Below, in pieces: positions 40,744 to 53,506 of a stretch of DNA of 64,000 nucleotides. The stretch is from contig OX597815.1 of the NCBI GenBank assembly GCA_951406725.2, positions 155,124,001 to 155,188,000 of the forward strand, given 5' to 3'. How positions within the stretch are numbered: the first letter of the stretch is position 1; each line of letters starts with the position of its first letter. The notes under the pieces were generated by a model. That model searched no databases. It saw only the letters and a list, made by a program, of their open reading frames with translations, and was not told the DNA's origin. Source of the stretch: Octopus vulgaris. Lineage: Eukaryota. Made by a program: the position numbers and the translations under genes.

Positions 40744-40747
<4 letters not shown>
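40230..40747 (+). mobile_element. Retrozyme-like element: 432-bp unit bounded by 86-bp perfect direct repeats
   Basis: Identical repeats at 40230-40315 and 40662-40747; central hammerhead; ends in (TA)n. Confidence 0.8.
40481..40549 (+). ncRNA. Canonical type-I hammerhead ribozyme
   Basis: ugg-CUGAAGA-ag...(gcaa auaug / cauau c uugc)...cu-GAAA-ccugcagg-U-A-cca; palindromic stem III ACCUGCAGGU. Confidence 0.85.
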
Positions 40748-40835
<88 letters not shown>

Positions 40836-40933
40836 AATATATATATACACACACATATATACATATATATACATATAAGTATGTATATATTCATATATAT
40901 TCATGTATATACGTATAAATATATATACATATA

Positions 40934-40981
<48 letters not shown>

Positions 40982-41059
40982 GTAAAAAATAAATACAGAC
41001 ATGGACAAGAACAGAAACACCAAGGAGACGACACAAGAACCACAGGACGGGACATTCGA

Positions 41060-41135
41060 AGCCCTCAGTCATCAGTCAAGAACCAGATCATCTTCGCAAT
41101 TTCGGCTGATTAATCTTGAGATTGCTCCGATCTGG
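41060..41135 (-). ncRNA. Candidate non-circularly-permuted (pseudoknotted) hammerhead ribozyme with kink-turn, family 2
   Basis: ccagauc-gga-gcaa-U-C-ucaaga-uuaa-ucagcc-GAAA-uugc-gaa-gau-gaucugg-u-ucuuga-CUGAUGA-cugagggcu; intact core nucleotides; inside a (TA)n-flanked element at ~40975-41512. Confidence 0.65.
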
Positions 41136-41521
41136 GCAGCCCCCAAGGGAAATCTAAGCCAAGCGCATTAGATCCCTTGGAATAAAGCTTCGAATGTATA
41201 CAACACAAGGACGGAAAACGAAAGATGTACACGAATAAAAATACAGAATACGTGACAACAATAAGGAAAGCACGAATAAGAATACAAAAACGTAAAAACA
41301 ATAACGGTAAGGATAAAAAACAAAACAAAACCAGGACGTAGAACAAGGGTCTTTCGACAGGACGAGTTGAGTTGGGGCTGGCTTATGAAGTTGTGCCTTA
41401 TGGCCGCGGGAGACGAACAAAAACGTGTTGCTTCGACGACTGCTGGAACGAAAAGGGCGCCTAGCAGTGGCTAGCGGCCACGTGAGGACAAAAGACAGGA
41501 GAAAGGGACAGATATATATAT

Positions 41522-41690
41522 AGGGAGAGTTTACGAAAAAAACAACAAAAGACGAAGACAGATGGTGTACAAAACAAACAGATGTATTAGTATAACGCTC
41601 AGGAATAGAAAAAGTCTTTTACGTTTCGAGTCTACGCTCTTCTACAGAAAGGGACACAGAAAACAAAGAGTGAAAAAAATGGAGAGAAAA
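41522..41690 (-). mobile_element. Short Penelope-type terminal repeat with hammerhead-like motif (A6U) at 41614-41655
   Basis: cuuu-CUGUAGA-a-gagc(guag)acuc-GAAAC-GU-A-aaag. Confidence 0.65.
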
Positions 41691-41737
41691 AAAATATATA
41701 TACATATATATATAGCCACAGCCGAACCAATTCTACT

Positions 41738-41974
41738 ATACTCTTTTACTTGTTTCAGTCATTTGACTGCGGCCATGCCGGAGCACCGCTTTTTTTAGTC
41801 GAGCAAATCGACCCCAGGATTTATTCTTTGTAAGCCTAGTACTTATTCTATCGGTCTCTTTTGCCGAACCGCTAAGTAACGGGGACGTAAACACACCAAC
41901 ATCGGTTGTCAAGCGTTGTTTTTTTTTTGGGGGGGGGAACACAGACACACAAACACACACACATATATACAATG

Positions 41975-42006
<32 letters not shown>

Positions 42007-42225
42007 GTTAATCCAAACAAGAAAACAGAAAAAAAGAGAAAAAAACACAGCAACGCAGGACACGACGGGCTTCTTTCAGTTTCCGTCTACCAAATCCACT
42101 CACAAGGCTTTGGTCGGCCCGAGGCTACAGTAGAAGACACTTGCCCAAGGTGCCACGCAGTAGGACTGAACCCGGAACCGTGTGGTTGGTAAGCAAGCTA
42201 CTTACCACACAGCCACTCCTGCGCC
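41738..42225 (-). mobile_element. Major SINE family, full length, with a small insertion in its internal microsatellite
   Basis: Colinear with 26402-26877. Confidence 0.9.
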
Positions 42226-42629
42226 TATATGGCTCAGAAATCTGGATGTTATCAAAGAAGCTTGAGAGGCCGTTGGATGGAACTTACACTCGCCTCCTTA
42301 TGAGAGCTCTAAATCTCTCGTGGAAACGTGATCCAACCAAAGTACAAATATATGGGAGACTACCACCTGTATCATCTCTTGTGAAAGTTAGGAGAGTCCA
42401 GTTTGCTGGACATTTTTGTAGAGCCTTAAACGAGGCAATTTCTACTCTTCTCCTCTGGAAGCCATCTACTCGCGATACCAGAGGGCGCACACTCTCCTAC
42501 CCTGACGTAATCTCCAGGGATACAGGCATCCAGCAACAGGACTTCCGTAATGCTATGATGGACCGTGGAGTTTGGCGTAGCATAGTAAATTCCATTGTCT
42601 CGACCACGGTCGAACAATGATAATGATGA
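42225..42629 (+). mobile_element. RTE-clade LINE 3' end
   Basis: LYGSEIW.L...[31 protein letters not shown]; short (tga)n tail. Confidence 0.9.
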
Positions 42630-42638
42630 CATATATAC

Positions 42639-42742
<104 letters not shown>

Positions 42743-43980
42743 GATTATACAGGTTCAATGTGGATTCGTCCTTTAATTGGAGGTTTCCCCCAAAAATTTC
42801 TAATGTTGATTCTTCATTGCTGAGAGTTTACGGGCGTAAATTTGCGAAGGCATGAAAGTATTATTTGCATATAATGTATGATGAATTTATGGCATGAAGT
42901 ACCATAAATCCCCTCGAATTCGTTAAAAATGGAGGAAACATGTTAAAATTTTTATGAAGTTTATTTCTTGCAGATGATCGTTTTGTACAAAGATATAAGA
43001 ATATAAATTCATGATTGAATAAAATAAAATAAATATCATCGTACTCTTTAGTGCAGAAAGGAAAGAAACCATAATATAAGAAACTTAAAGAAGAATAGAG
43101 CAGAAAAAATTGGATCTAGGAGAGTCATATTCGTATATGTGTGAGAAAGAAATGGGAGTCATGTCGGATATTGAACCATAACTAATGGCCTGAGCGGTTA
43201 TTTGAAGATACAAATAAAGAGATATCGTAAACGTTCCCTCTATAGATAAGTATGGAAATTAGAATTGTAGATCCAAATATGCTGAGTAGGGCAAGTAAGT
43301 AGGAGAAATGTCCAATGAGAAGACAATACTAAATGTAAATTCAACTTAAGCGTTGTAATCAATACGTAGTATAATATATTTTAAAAAGTCTATACAGAAT
43401 AATGTGGTTTAGCGTGAAGAAATGGTGTATGAGAAGCTAATACTAGATATTAGCAAAAAAAAATGGAGGAATGAGTATGAGTTATAAAGAGAGATGATGT
43501 ATATAAATGACTTATGTTTACTTATGTTTAAGTCTGTGTAATTTCGGCACGATTTGATCACAATTTCTAAGCGGTTGTAGCCAGAATTCTATTAGCTTAA
43601 TGATCATACCGTTTAAACTCATGTTTTGGCTGGAGATTGGTCCCTAGGTTGTAGCATCCAGTCACAGGATCCTTGTTTCAAGTGTTGTTGCCGGAACTGT
43701 GCTATGAATGTAATCAACTCCCAAAACTACTTTTAGCTCTATCCTCGTTTGAGTGTAACTAATGACTGTGGCTTATGCGAGGGAGTTTGAATGAATGCTT
43801 TTTAATTATGGAAGTAAACAAAAATAAGCATATAACAATGAGAAATATATAAAGCTTAGTACTGCTGATGGTGACAATAACGTTCAAAATAATTATTTCC
43901 TTGCTTGTTATGGTAAACTCTTTTTCCCGTGAAATTGTCATCTTGGTTGTTTAGCACTAGATCAGCTCTATGATGGAAGC

Positions 43981-44083
43981 GATTATTCATGCCACTTTTA
44001 TTCATTTGTGATTATTCATGCCACGTTTATACATTTGTGATTATTCATGTCATTTATATTCATTTGTGATTATTCATGTCATT
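43981..44083. repeat. 29-bp tandem minisatellite, ~3.5 copies
   Basis: Unit gattattcatgccacttttattcatttgt. Confidence 0.9.
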
Positions 44084-45746
44084 TTTTTCTACCTTCTTAA
44101 AATTAAATTTTTCTTCTTAAAACTGTCCTTGTAATGGCCTCCTTACCTGATGGCAATAAAAGGAATCATTATCGTAATCATCATCATCATAAATATTATC
44201 ATTATTGAATAGACAAGACAAATGTGTCGTTACGTTCTTCTGTGTTTTGAGTTCTAATCCCACCGATGTCAATCTGTTTTTCATCCCACACATCTTCCGA
44301 GGAACATTAAAACAAAGAACAATAATTAAAACGAAATAGAATTTAAACAATGAACATACATTTGTGTGCACCACCCACGCATGGACCTATCACAACCATA
44401 ATGACATTTTTTTCAGGCTTCATAATTATTATGTTTATTCCTTCCCAAAATACCTCTCAGCAACGTTGGTGTCGGGGGAGGCTAAGAAGCTACTTACAGA
44501 GTCCTGATAATGTTTTTCTGAAATGTTTTCCCTAGGCTGATTCGAAGCATTTTTTTCTTAATATACTGATTTATCACATGCTTTACTTAATCGGAGACAC
44601 TTTTCTCGCCAATCTGCAATGAATTTGTCTCGAAATAATCATGTAAATATCTTAACTCTTCTATCAGTTCTACGTTTGTTACTCAAAAGACGGTTAGCTT
44701 CATTTTGACGTATACAGGAGTTCAGCTTACTTCAGCTCCTTTCTTTTCTTTTCCTTTTTTTATTTTCTTGTTCTTCCCGATCTTTGCAGCAGTTTTCCAC
44801 CCCTATTCGTTCTCCCCCTCCTCCTCATTATCACAAGACGATTATCTGGCGCTGCTACTTATAACTAGGGAGGAGACCCTGAGCTTCCTACTTTGCACTT
44901 GGAATGGAGATGGGATGATGTCTTCATGGACCGTGTCCAACGCTGTTCTAGTAACAACAGCTTTCGCGTCTTATCATTTTTAAAGCAATTTCGGGTGCAG
45001 TTGTTTGTTTCTAATTTTGTCAGAAAACCTTTAAAGGATTTTTGCTGTGCTGTTACATATATAGTAGCTGTGTTTTCCCCCGGACTTCTACTATTAAAGC
45101 TGTACTCGCTATAGAGCTATTGATACTCGCTATAGAGCAAAATTTCTAGATTGTGTTACCGTTTTATAAGGATGCGAGAACCATGGAAATCCCATATCAC
45201 CAAAAGATATATGGATGCTGACAACCATCCCATATTGTGCAATGAAGGTAACTAGAGCCAAGGGTTTCATGAGTCACCGATGTTTCACAGGGATCATTGC
45301 CTTGCTTTGTCCAATGCTCTGGGATTAGTCAATGTTAAAGTGTGTGACCCCCTAACTGAGCTTTTGACTTCGTCCCGCACTTTGTTTTACAAAAACACAA
45401 TTTACCAGCTCTTAGATCTCCCAGTGTTATCAACACAACAATGAAATTTTAAAGATGCTTTTTACGATATTCTCTTCATCGAGCGACGTATTTAGAAATC
45501 GGCGAGGACCAACTCATCACTTTTTGACCGTTTCAAATAGAGATCAATCTGTTTTTGCCATACAATGCTACCTTGTCACCTATTTTTTGTCTAAATTTTC
45601 CATGGTTAGATTTCAATTGTTGCACGACATTTTCAAAGGGCGAATCCGATCCTCTTCCCAAATTTCCCTCAGTATTACCATTTGAGGAAACTTACGTTTG
45701 TGTGAGATTGTTATTGTCATTGCTTGTGTTTTTGGTACGAATGTTA

Positions 45747-46135
45747 TCTCTCTATATATAAACGGCAGTTTGTCTGTGCGTGTTTCTGTGTGTCTGTTTT
45801 CTCGTACCCTCACCCTGACCACGGCTTTCAACCGATTCTGATGAAACTTGACACACACATAGCCCAATGTCATAATTCAAAACTAACGCAGCGAAAATTT
45901 TGAAAAGTTAACCCCAGTTCTGAAAAAAATCGATAAATTCGACATGGGGTCGAGAATCAAAAAAAACAAACCACAGACTGTCTAGGGGACGCAACTCAAC
46001 CTTTTTTTACTCTCAAAAAAAAATTTACCATAATTTTTTTTCCATTTTTTTTGCTATTTTTTGGCTATAACTCTCTAAAAATGCTTTATAGTTATTTCCC
46101 TTACAAACCTGAGCAACGCCGGGCGATACTGCTAG
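45747..46135 (+). mobile_element. Non-autonomous Helitron, complete
   Basis: A|TC start, subterminal hairpin cctgagcaacgccggg, CTAG|T end. Confidence 0.85.
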
Positions 46136-46225
46136 TTTATTATAGAATTATTACATTGTCTTCATGAGCGTCAATTTTCGTTTTTGCTAGAAGCCTTCTT
46201 TATCTGTCTTCTTTTATTTGTACCA

Positions 46226-46273
<48 letters not shown>

Positions 46274-46308
46274 TAGAAGATTTGGATATAATATACAGGT
46301 ATTATATA

Positions 46309-46437
46309 TTAGAAGAAATAAGGTACTCAGAAATCTGGATGGTTTTATATTTACAGATTTTTTTATAAAACATGTGACATATTAATAAAAATCTGTAAAT
46401 ATAAAACCATCCAGATTTCTGAGTACCTTATTTCTTC

Positions 46438-46440
<3 letters not shown>
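46309..46440. repeat. Perfect 54-bp inverted repeat with 24-bp spacer
   Basis: 46309-46362 is the exact reverse complement of 46387-46440; outer (TG)n and (CA)n flanks. Confidence 0.95.
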
Positions 46441-46509
<69 letters not shown>

Positions 46510-46510
<1 letters not shown>

Positions 46511-46893
46511 GGCGCAGGAGTGGCTGTGTGGTAGTAGCTTGCTTACCAACAACATGGTTCCTGGTTCAGTCCCACTGCGTGGCACCTTGGGCAATTGTTT
46601 TCTAATATAGCCTAGGGCCGACCAAAACCTTGTGAGTGGATTTGGTAGACGGAAACTGAGAGTAGCCCGTCGTATATATTTATATGTATATATATGTGTG
46701 TGTGTTTGTCCCCACCTTCAACATCGCTTGACAACCGATGCTGGTGTGTTTACGTCCCCGTTCGGCAGAAAGAGACCGATAGAATAAGTACTAGGCTTAC
46801 AAAGAATAAGTCCTGGGGTCCATTTGCTCGACTCAAAGCGGTGTCCCAGCATGGCCGCAGTCAAATGACTGAAAAAGTAAAAGAGTAAAAGAG
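46510..46893 (+). mobile_element. Major SINE family, full length
   Basis: ggcgcaggagtggctgtgtgg ... cagtcaaatgactgaaaaagtaaaagag. Confidence 0.92.
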
Positions 46894-47050
46894 TATACAT
46901 ATATATATCTTAACACAAAAATATCTATATTTTATATTATATATACATGTATATATATATATACATAAACATACATGCATACATACATACACACATATAT
47001 ACATTCATACACAGACAAACACACATACACGCACACATATATATATATAT

Positions 47051-47888
47051 TCATTTAGAGATATTGGGCCCCTTCATCTCACCATATAAAAAATAATTTT
47101 TATTTTAAATACCAACTGTTTTATAACTTGATTCATGAGGTACATTTCCCGGTTCCTAAACCACTCCGTGTTTTGCTGGAACCCTTCTTAAAATGTAACC
47201 CCAATCATCAGGCCCTTATATCACTTTATCATCATGGAAATAGGTCATGTCTGTTATGTACTCATGAATTCATGGAGATATTATGGACTAAAACGGAGCT
47301 TCTTAATGCTCAGGAGTAACGAAAAATTAAATGTAAACGTAGACTGAAATGCCTAATTGAAAACGCATGACCCTAAAATTTAGCGTATTATTAATACTAT
47401 TACTATTCAATATGAATAAACTTACCATTAGATGTGGGGATGAATAATAGTGAGTGATTAAAGGGCGGAATAATCCGGAATAATACGAAATAAAAAAAAG
47501 CAATGTTCCCATGATGCATTTTTGTAGTTTCATGGACCATGTTTACTATTTAGATAATATGTTAATTAAATAATAGTTTAAAAGTAGCAGGAAGGAGGGG
47601 TGTGAGTACTTCGCTGGACTTTGCAATGTCAAGCCATAATTAAGACGTTGAGGGGATAATGGAGCCATCGGTGAATTCTCTTTCTCTCTTTTCTCATTTA
47701 CTTGTTTCAGTCATTTGACTGCGGCCATGCTGGAGCACCGCCTTTAGTCGAGCAAATCGACCCCGGGACTTATTCTTTATAAGCCCAGTATTTATTCTAT
47801 CGTTCTCTTTTGCCGAACCGCTTTTACCGAACCAGCATCGGTTGTCAAGCAATGCTAGGGGGACAATCACAGACACACAAACATACAC

Positions 47889-47940
<52 letters not shown>

Positions 47941-48918
47941 ACACATATATATATATATATATACATATATACGACGGGCTTCTTTCAGTTTACGTCTACC
48001 AAATCCACTCACAAGGCTTTGGTCGGCCCGAGGCTATAGTAGAAGACACTTGCCCAAGATGCCACGCAGTGGGACTGAACCCGGAACTATGTGGTTGGGA
48101 AGCAAGCTACTTACCACATAGCCATTCCTATATTTTTTTTAAGTTACCATCAAGTTATTTTTATTTTATTTTATTTTATTTTGTAAATTTTTAAAAGTTA
48201 TCATTCGTATCACTTGTAAATTTTGCAGTTCGTAATTTAGTACTATAGCTTTTATTCGAAAATACTTATTCGTCGTTACCTCCATGTTCATTAGTATTTA
48301 TTTTTATTCGTATATTTTTCTTGCCATCCCTTTTATTTTTATTCGCAGATATTTTCCTCGCCATTCCTTTTATTTTTATTCGTATATATATATTTTGTTT
48401 TAGCCATTCCTATCATTTTTTGCTATTCCTTTCATTTTATATCATTTTATATTATCACAAGTATATATTTTATTTTTAACCCTATATATTACTAACATAG
48501 ATTTTGTAAATTTTTCGAGGTTTTTTTTTGCACTTTTATTTTTATTGTTTATTTCTTATTTCATTTTTTGTAATTTTTTTGGTAACCTTTATTTTTGTAA
48601 TTTTTATTTGAATTTTTATCTGAATTATGGCTTGTACTGTAGGGTCCAGCGAACCTAATTTACACGTACCTATTTTACACGTACTTATGGGTTTTAAAAA
48701 TTAAAATATAGTTTATAGTATTGAACGATGATAAAGTGATATAAGGGCCTGATGATTGGGGTTACATTTTAAGAAGAGTTCCAGCAAAACACGGTGTGGT
48801 TTAGGAACCGGGAAATGTACCTCATGAAACTCGCGTAGCCAAGTTATAAAACAGTAGGTATTTAAAATTAAAAAAAAAATTTATGGTGAGATGAAGGGGC
48901 CTAATATCTCTAAATGAA
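47051..48918 (+). mobile_element. Truncated Penelope-like element with inverted terminal-repeat copy
   Basis: Inverted arms ~47051-47233 and ~48727-48918; GIY-YIG C-terminus remnant GNRSCLLCTHEFMEILW...LLNAQE*RKIKCK at ~47235-47370; SINE inserted at ~47690-48130 (-). Confidence 0.8.
48746..48840 (+). ncRNA. Type-I hammerhead ribozyme with long stem II
   Basis: ggc-CUGAUGA-u-ugggguuacauuu...aaauguaccuca-u-GAAAC-ucgc-GU-A-gcc. Confidence 0.8.
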
Positions 48919-48992
48919 AATATATATTTCTTCATTGAGAATAATTTGAACCCCTGTTATGCCGGAATTTTTATTCCCTAAAAATAAATTTA

Positions 48993-49034
<42 letters not shown>

Positions 49035-52000
49035 GAGCACCACCCCCCACGTCCAATGGACGGTGCTGAGTTGTCAAACATTTAAACTAAATTTTCTCAA
49101 AACAACTTGTCCGACTGTCCCATAGGCCTCCTCTTTGAGAAACACTGATTTAACCTAAATTTGAGACACAAGCAAAAGAAGAAATAAAGATAGACTTTTT
49201 TTCTATTCCAAAGAAAAACGATTTTATTCACACAAATATGCAACCGAAGAATTTAAAGTACCAATAATGATAAGGCTGTTGATTGGGAGAACACAAACAT
49301 GGTTTAAATAGTAAGCTTGGCAGGAAAGAAACGTGCCTTTAAGCAGTACAAAAACAACAAAAAATGGAAGGTGCAGTTATGTACAGGTTGACGGAAGAAA
49401 AGCAGGACAAAAACGATGCATTCAAATGGGTTAACTGGGGGTAAATCTAAATGGAAATGAATGATGAATTTATGAGAACGTACCTGGGACAATAATAGGT
49501 TTATCCGATAAAGCATATAGGAAATCAACTTGGGGCGATTTTTTATGAAAAGCAACAACCTAGGGAACTAAGTAACTAATTTTAAGCTAACTTATTTTAC
49601 GGGATGTTCAAGGACATGGAAAAGCTAGTGGCAACAGCTGATGTACTTGCGCGTATAAATGCGCGTTCCCAAGGCTTTATCGATCGCATTCTAACCTGGA
49701 ATCGATTTTTGTACTTTTTCAAGACTTATATACGCCCTGATACCGTTGGTATCTACATATCAAATTTGAGCGCAATTGGATGGAGGATGCTCGAGATCCT
49801 AGAAGACGCACACACACACATACACAGAACGGATTTTATATAATAGATACATATATATACATACACACACACGCACACATTCACATATATTTGTGGTTGT
49901 ATGTTTGTGTTTGTTTGTGTGTGTATATATATATATATGTATGTGCGTATATATATGTGTGTGTGTATGCGTTTGGGGTGTATTTGGATAGATGGATGGA
50001 AGGCTTTTCAATAAGTTCGATGATGTGCATACAATTGTTCAATCAGCTCAATTATCTCATCGAATTCTTGTGTAAGCTGTGAATATTCCACAGACATATG
50101 TAGACAAAATGCAATTCTCAGGAAGAGATAGGACTTTATTTTTGAATCGCAGGAACAGTCCATTCGATGGGCTTCCGTGCAGTTTCCATCTTCACAATTT
50201 CTTTAACAAGATATAAGTTGATCCAAAGCTAATAGACAATGGCCCTTGCTTAAGATGTCATGCAGTGATATCCAATCCAGGAACCGGTTGCTGCAAAACG
50301 AGTGTCTTAATCCTTTGATCAAACTACGCCTCTATAGACATCTAACTGATTATATAACTAATCATATATTTGTGCGTGCGTGCGTGTGTGTGTGTGTGCG
50401 CGCGTGTGTGTGTTTGTGTGTGTGCGTGTGTATGTTTGTGTGTGTTGTGTGTGTGTCTGTCTTTGTGCCTACGTGTGTGCATGTTTGTGTAAAGAGAGAA
50501 AGAGAGGGTTTGAGGAATGATTCTTCTTCATACACTAATCACTAAGGAAACTGAAGATAAACATCAAATGCATGCTATCCATGTAGATCTTTGTAATCCG
50601 GAAAACATTAGTCAATAGAATCCACTCTAAGAACTAGTCAGATTCTTAGCGCCATCACTGCTTGCAGTAGCGATGTACTCTATTCTCAATATTCAATACT
50701 TAGAGGTACGAGGAATCTGTCGTTGACTTGAATGTTTGATCCCTCAACATGAGTGTGTAGCAAGTCTCCCAGAAGTATGCATTTTTTTTTCAGCCAGCCG
50801 TGCTCCCCAAATATTTTACAACAATATTTCACAACGATGGTGGCTCCTCGTTGTAGCAAGAGCCACAAGAAATAACAGCCAAGAATTTTGGCTATTAGTC
50901 CTAACTGTCTTAAGAAAATAAAGTGACGTTGAATAATGTAGTTTTGTTATATTGTTTACATAAATCCAACCCTACCAAAAATCAATAAAAAATAAAAGAA
51001 ACGGGATGACCACGCCTAGAACGCCATTAATCTTTGATCTTTTCTGTGGGAATATTACTCTGTAACTGTTCAGCTAATGCTACAATTTAGCTACACGGTA
51101 TTTATTGATGCTAATTAGCCCCATTTCCATCCTCATAGAACAGCCCCTAAGGTTAAACACAATCCACTCTTGATCATCCCCTTTTTTTTTAAGAACGCAG
51201 TACTATACTATCTAATGTTTTTGTCTTATTTAATAAGGTTGGATTATATTTGAGAGAAATTTTGAGTGCTATTTCTAGCAAGTTGAGAGACTACATAAAA
51301 GCTTTTTCGTTGTCTTGATAACAAGCCAGTTATTTAGCTAAATAAGTGGCGTAAGTAACTTTATTTTTGCCAGTTCTTGATAAACAAGCAATTTGTTCCA
51401 AGAAGTGGCTGCAATTAAGTTACCAGAAACAATAAAATTTAAATCAAAGAGAATTGACTGCAGTTACGTTCCTATTTCATTCCACTCCTTTTCAAACAAA
51501 CTTTTACACATTTAGGTATTTGTATATTTATTTCACGCATTATGTGGTAAAGAGAATTATTTGCTTGACTTCTTTTGTTAAACTGGCGATATGTAAATCG
51601 TGGTTGTGACTTTCATGCTTTCACCAAACACGTTCTATTCCATTCTTTTTATTCTCCACCATCGTGTTTTCCTATTAAAATTTACATTCATTTCCTTTTC
51701 CAGTAGGTCAACGTTTAAATGATTAAAGGGTTATTGTGCATTACTGTTGTTACAGTACATCCTATTAATTCCTTTCTTTTTGGTCGGTAGCACTGGCGGT
51801 GTCGGCTTAACACACACCATGGTTTAACAGCAATGGGATCTCTCAAACTATTAACATAGAGCAGCTAAATCTCCATGAAATTAAAAGTTGACACACTAAA
51901 TAATGTTATCTAAGATATATAATGCCTGAAAAAAACCCAGTGAACTGTAATAAGAGTTACAAATTTTGGTACAAGGAGAGTAATTTCGGAGAGACGGTAA

Positions 52001-52069
52001 GTCGATTACATCGACCCCAGCTCTCCACTGGTTCTTGACTGAATGATGAAAGCAAAATCGAACTCGGTG

Positions 52070-52121
<52 letters not shown>

Positions 52122-52125
<4 letters not shown>

Positions 52126-52285
52126 GACGGGCTTCTTCAGTTTCCGTCTACCAAATCCACTCACAAGGCTTTGGTCGGCCCGTGGCTATAGTTGAAGACA
52201 CTTGCCCAAGGTGCCACACAATGGGACTGAACCCGGAACCATGTGGTTGGTAAGCAAACTACTTACCACACATCCACTTCTATAC
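52122..52285 (-). mobile_element. Major SINE family, 5' half
   Basis: Head through gaagcccgtcgta(ta)n; another 5' half at ~60315-60460 (+). Confidence 0.85.
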
Positions 52286-53506
52286 CTATATTGAAAGCAA
52301 TAACTTGCGTGACACCCATATTACTTTTTAGGGTTCATAAAATCCACAAATGCAACTAACGCACAAAGAAAGTATTAACTACTATATAAAGTCAATATTT
52401 CATAACTCTACTTGATGCCAGCGACAGAGCGCTTGTATATGGTCGGTTCTCTGGTTAGAGACAGCGGTCACATCTCCCTAAACTCATACCTATCTTTAAA
52501 ATGAACACAAATAACAAAGTAGTCCAGGGAATACTATGTATAAAGAACAATATGGGAAGGTCACGAATAGAACGCATTTGATAATAGTTCAATGTATATA
52601 AGTAATAGTAGGTATTGTTGCTAGTTATGTTAGTGTAGCTGTTGGTGATATTTTCTATGACCAGTGAAATAAAATGAAAATGTTTATATGCTCATCGGAA
52701 ATCTCACCGAAGTATTGCAAAAAAGGTAGACGCCATAATGTTATCTAAGGGACTGGCCGAGAAACTGATTAAATTTACTATGAACGGGAATAGTTTCTCA
52801 GTGGCTTGCCCCCACTCTGTTTCATTCGACCTAATTTTACATAGAACAAAGGATTATATAACAGAGGATTATTTCCCGAAGTGCTGTGCGGTGGAATCTG
52901 CATAGTTATGAAACCGACTTCTTAACTACACAGTCCTGCATTCTTCCGCTTTTAATTAAATTTATTAAATTTGCATGTGTCTATATTGTTAAAGATTCTG
53001 ACCATTTATTTTTGCCCCTGGAATATTGTGATATATACAAAAATATGCATCAAGTATGTGTTCGATTGTCTTTTTTCTCATTGGTCCAATAATAAATTAA
53101 AACAGGCAATACTTATAACATTTGTTTGAACTTGATCTATGATTCAACTATGATTCATTTATAAAATATGTATACTTAGACAAGAGAAATTCTAAATTTG
53201 GTGAACTGATACTTACAGTCTCTGGTACATTGAGAATAATTTTTAAAAATACGAAACACATTGAACCAGTCCGTTTGCCGTTACTTACTCCGCCAAGCAA
53301 CCACTTCTCTCAATGGGAACTTCTCTTCTCTAATGGGGAGATAGAGAGCCTCCATTATTTCAAAAACACCACAGCAATTTTTGCGTTCAGTTCCAATCTT
53401 AAGTCATCCTAAATATTTATGGATGACTTAACATGATATATCCCACTTTCTACGTGACTCCAGACTACAATACTCTCACACATTTTAAATCTCACATTAG
53501 ATTTAC

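Noticed and set aside
42141-42620. 159-aa ORF as a host gene
   Set aside because: Chance fusion of an antisense SINE head with an RTE LINE C-terminus
43981-44083. 29-bp repeats as a CRISPR array
   Set aside because: Head-to-tail without spacers; eukaryotic context; no cas genes
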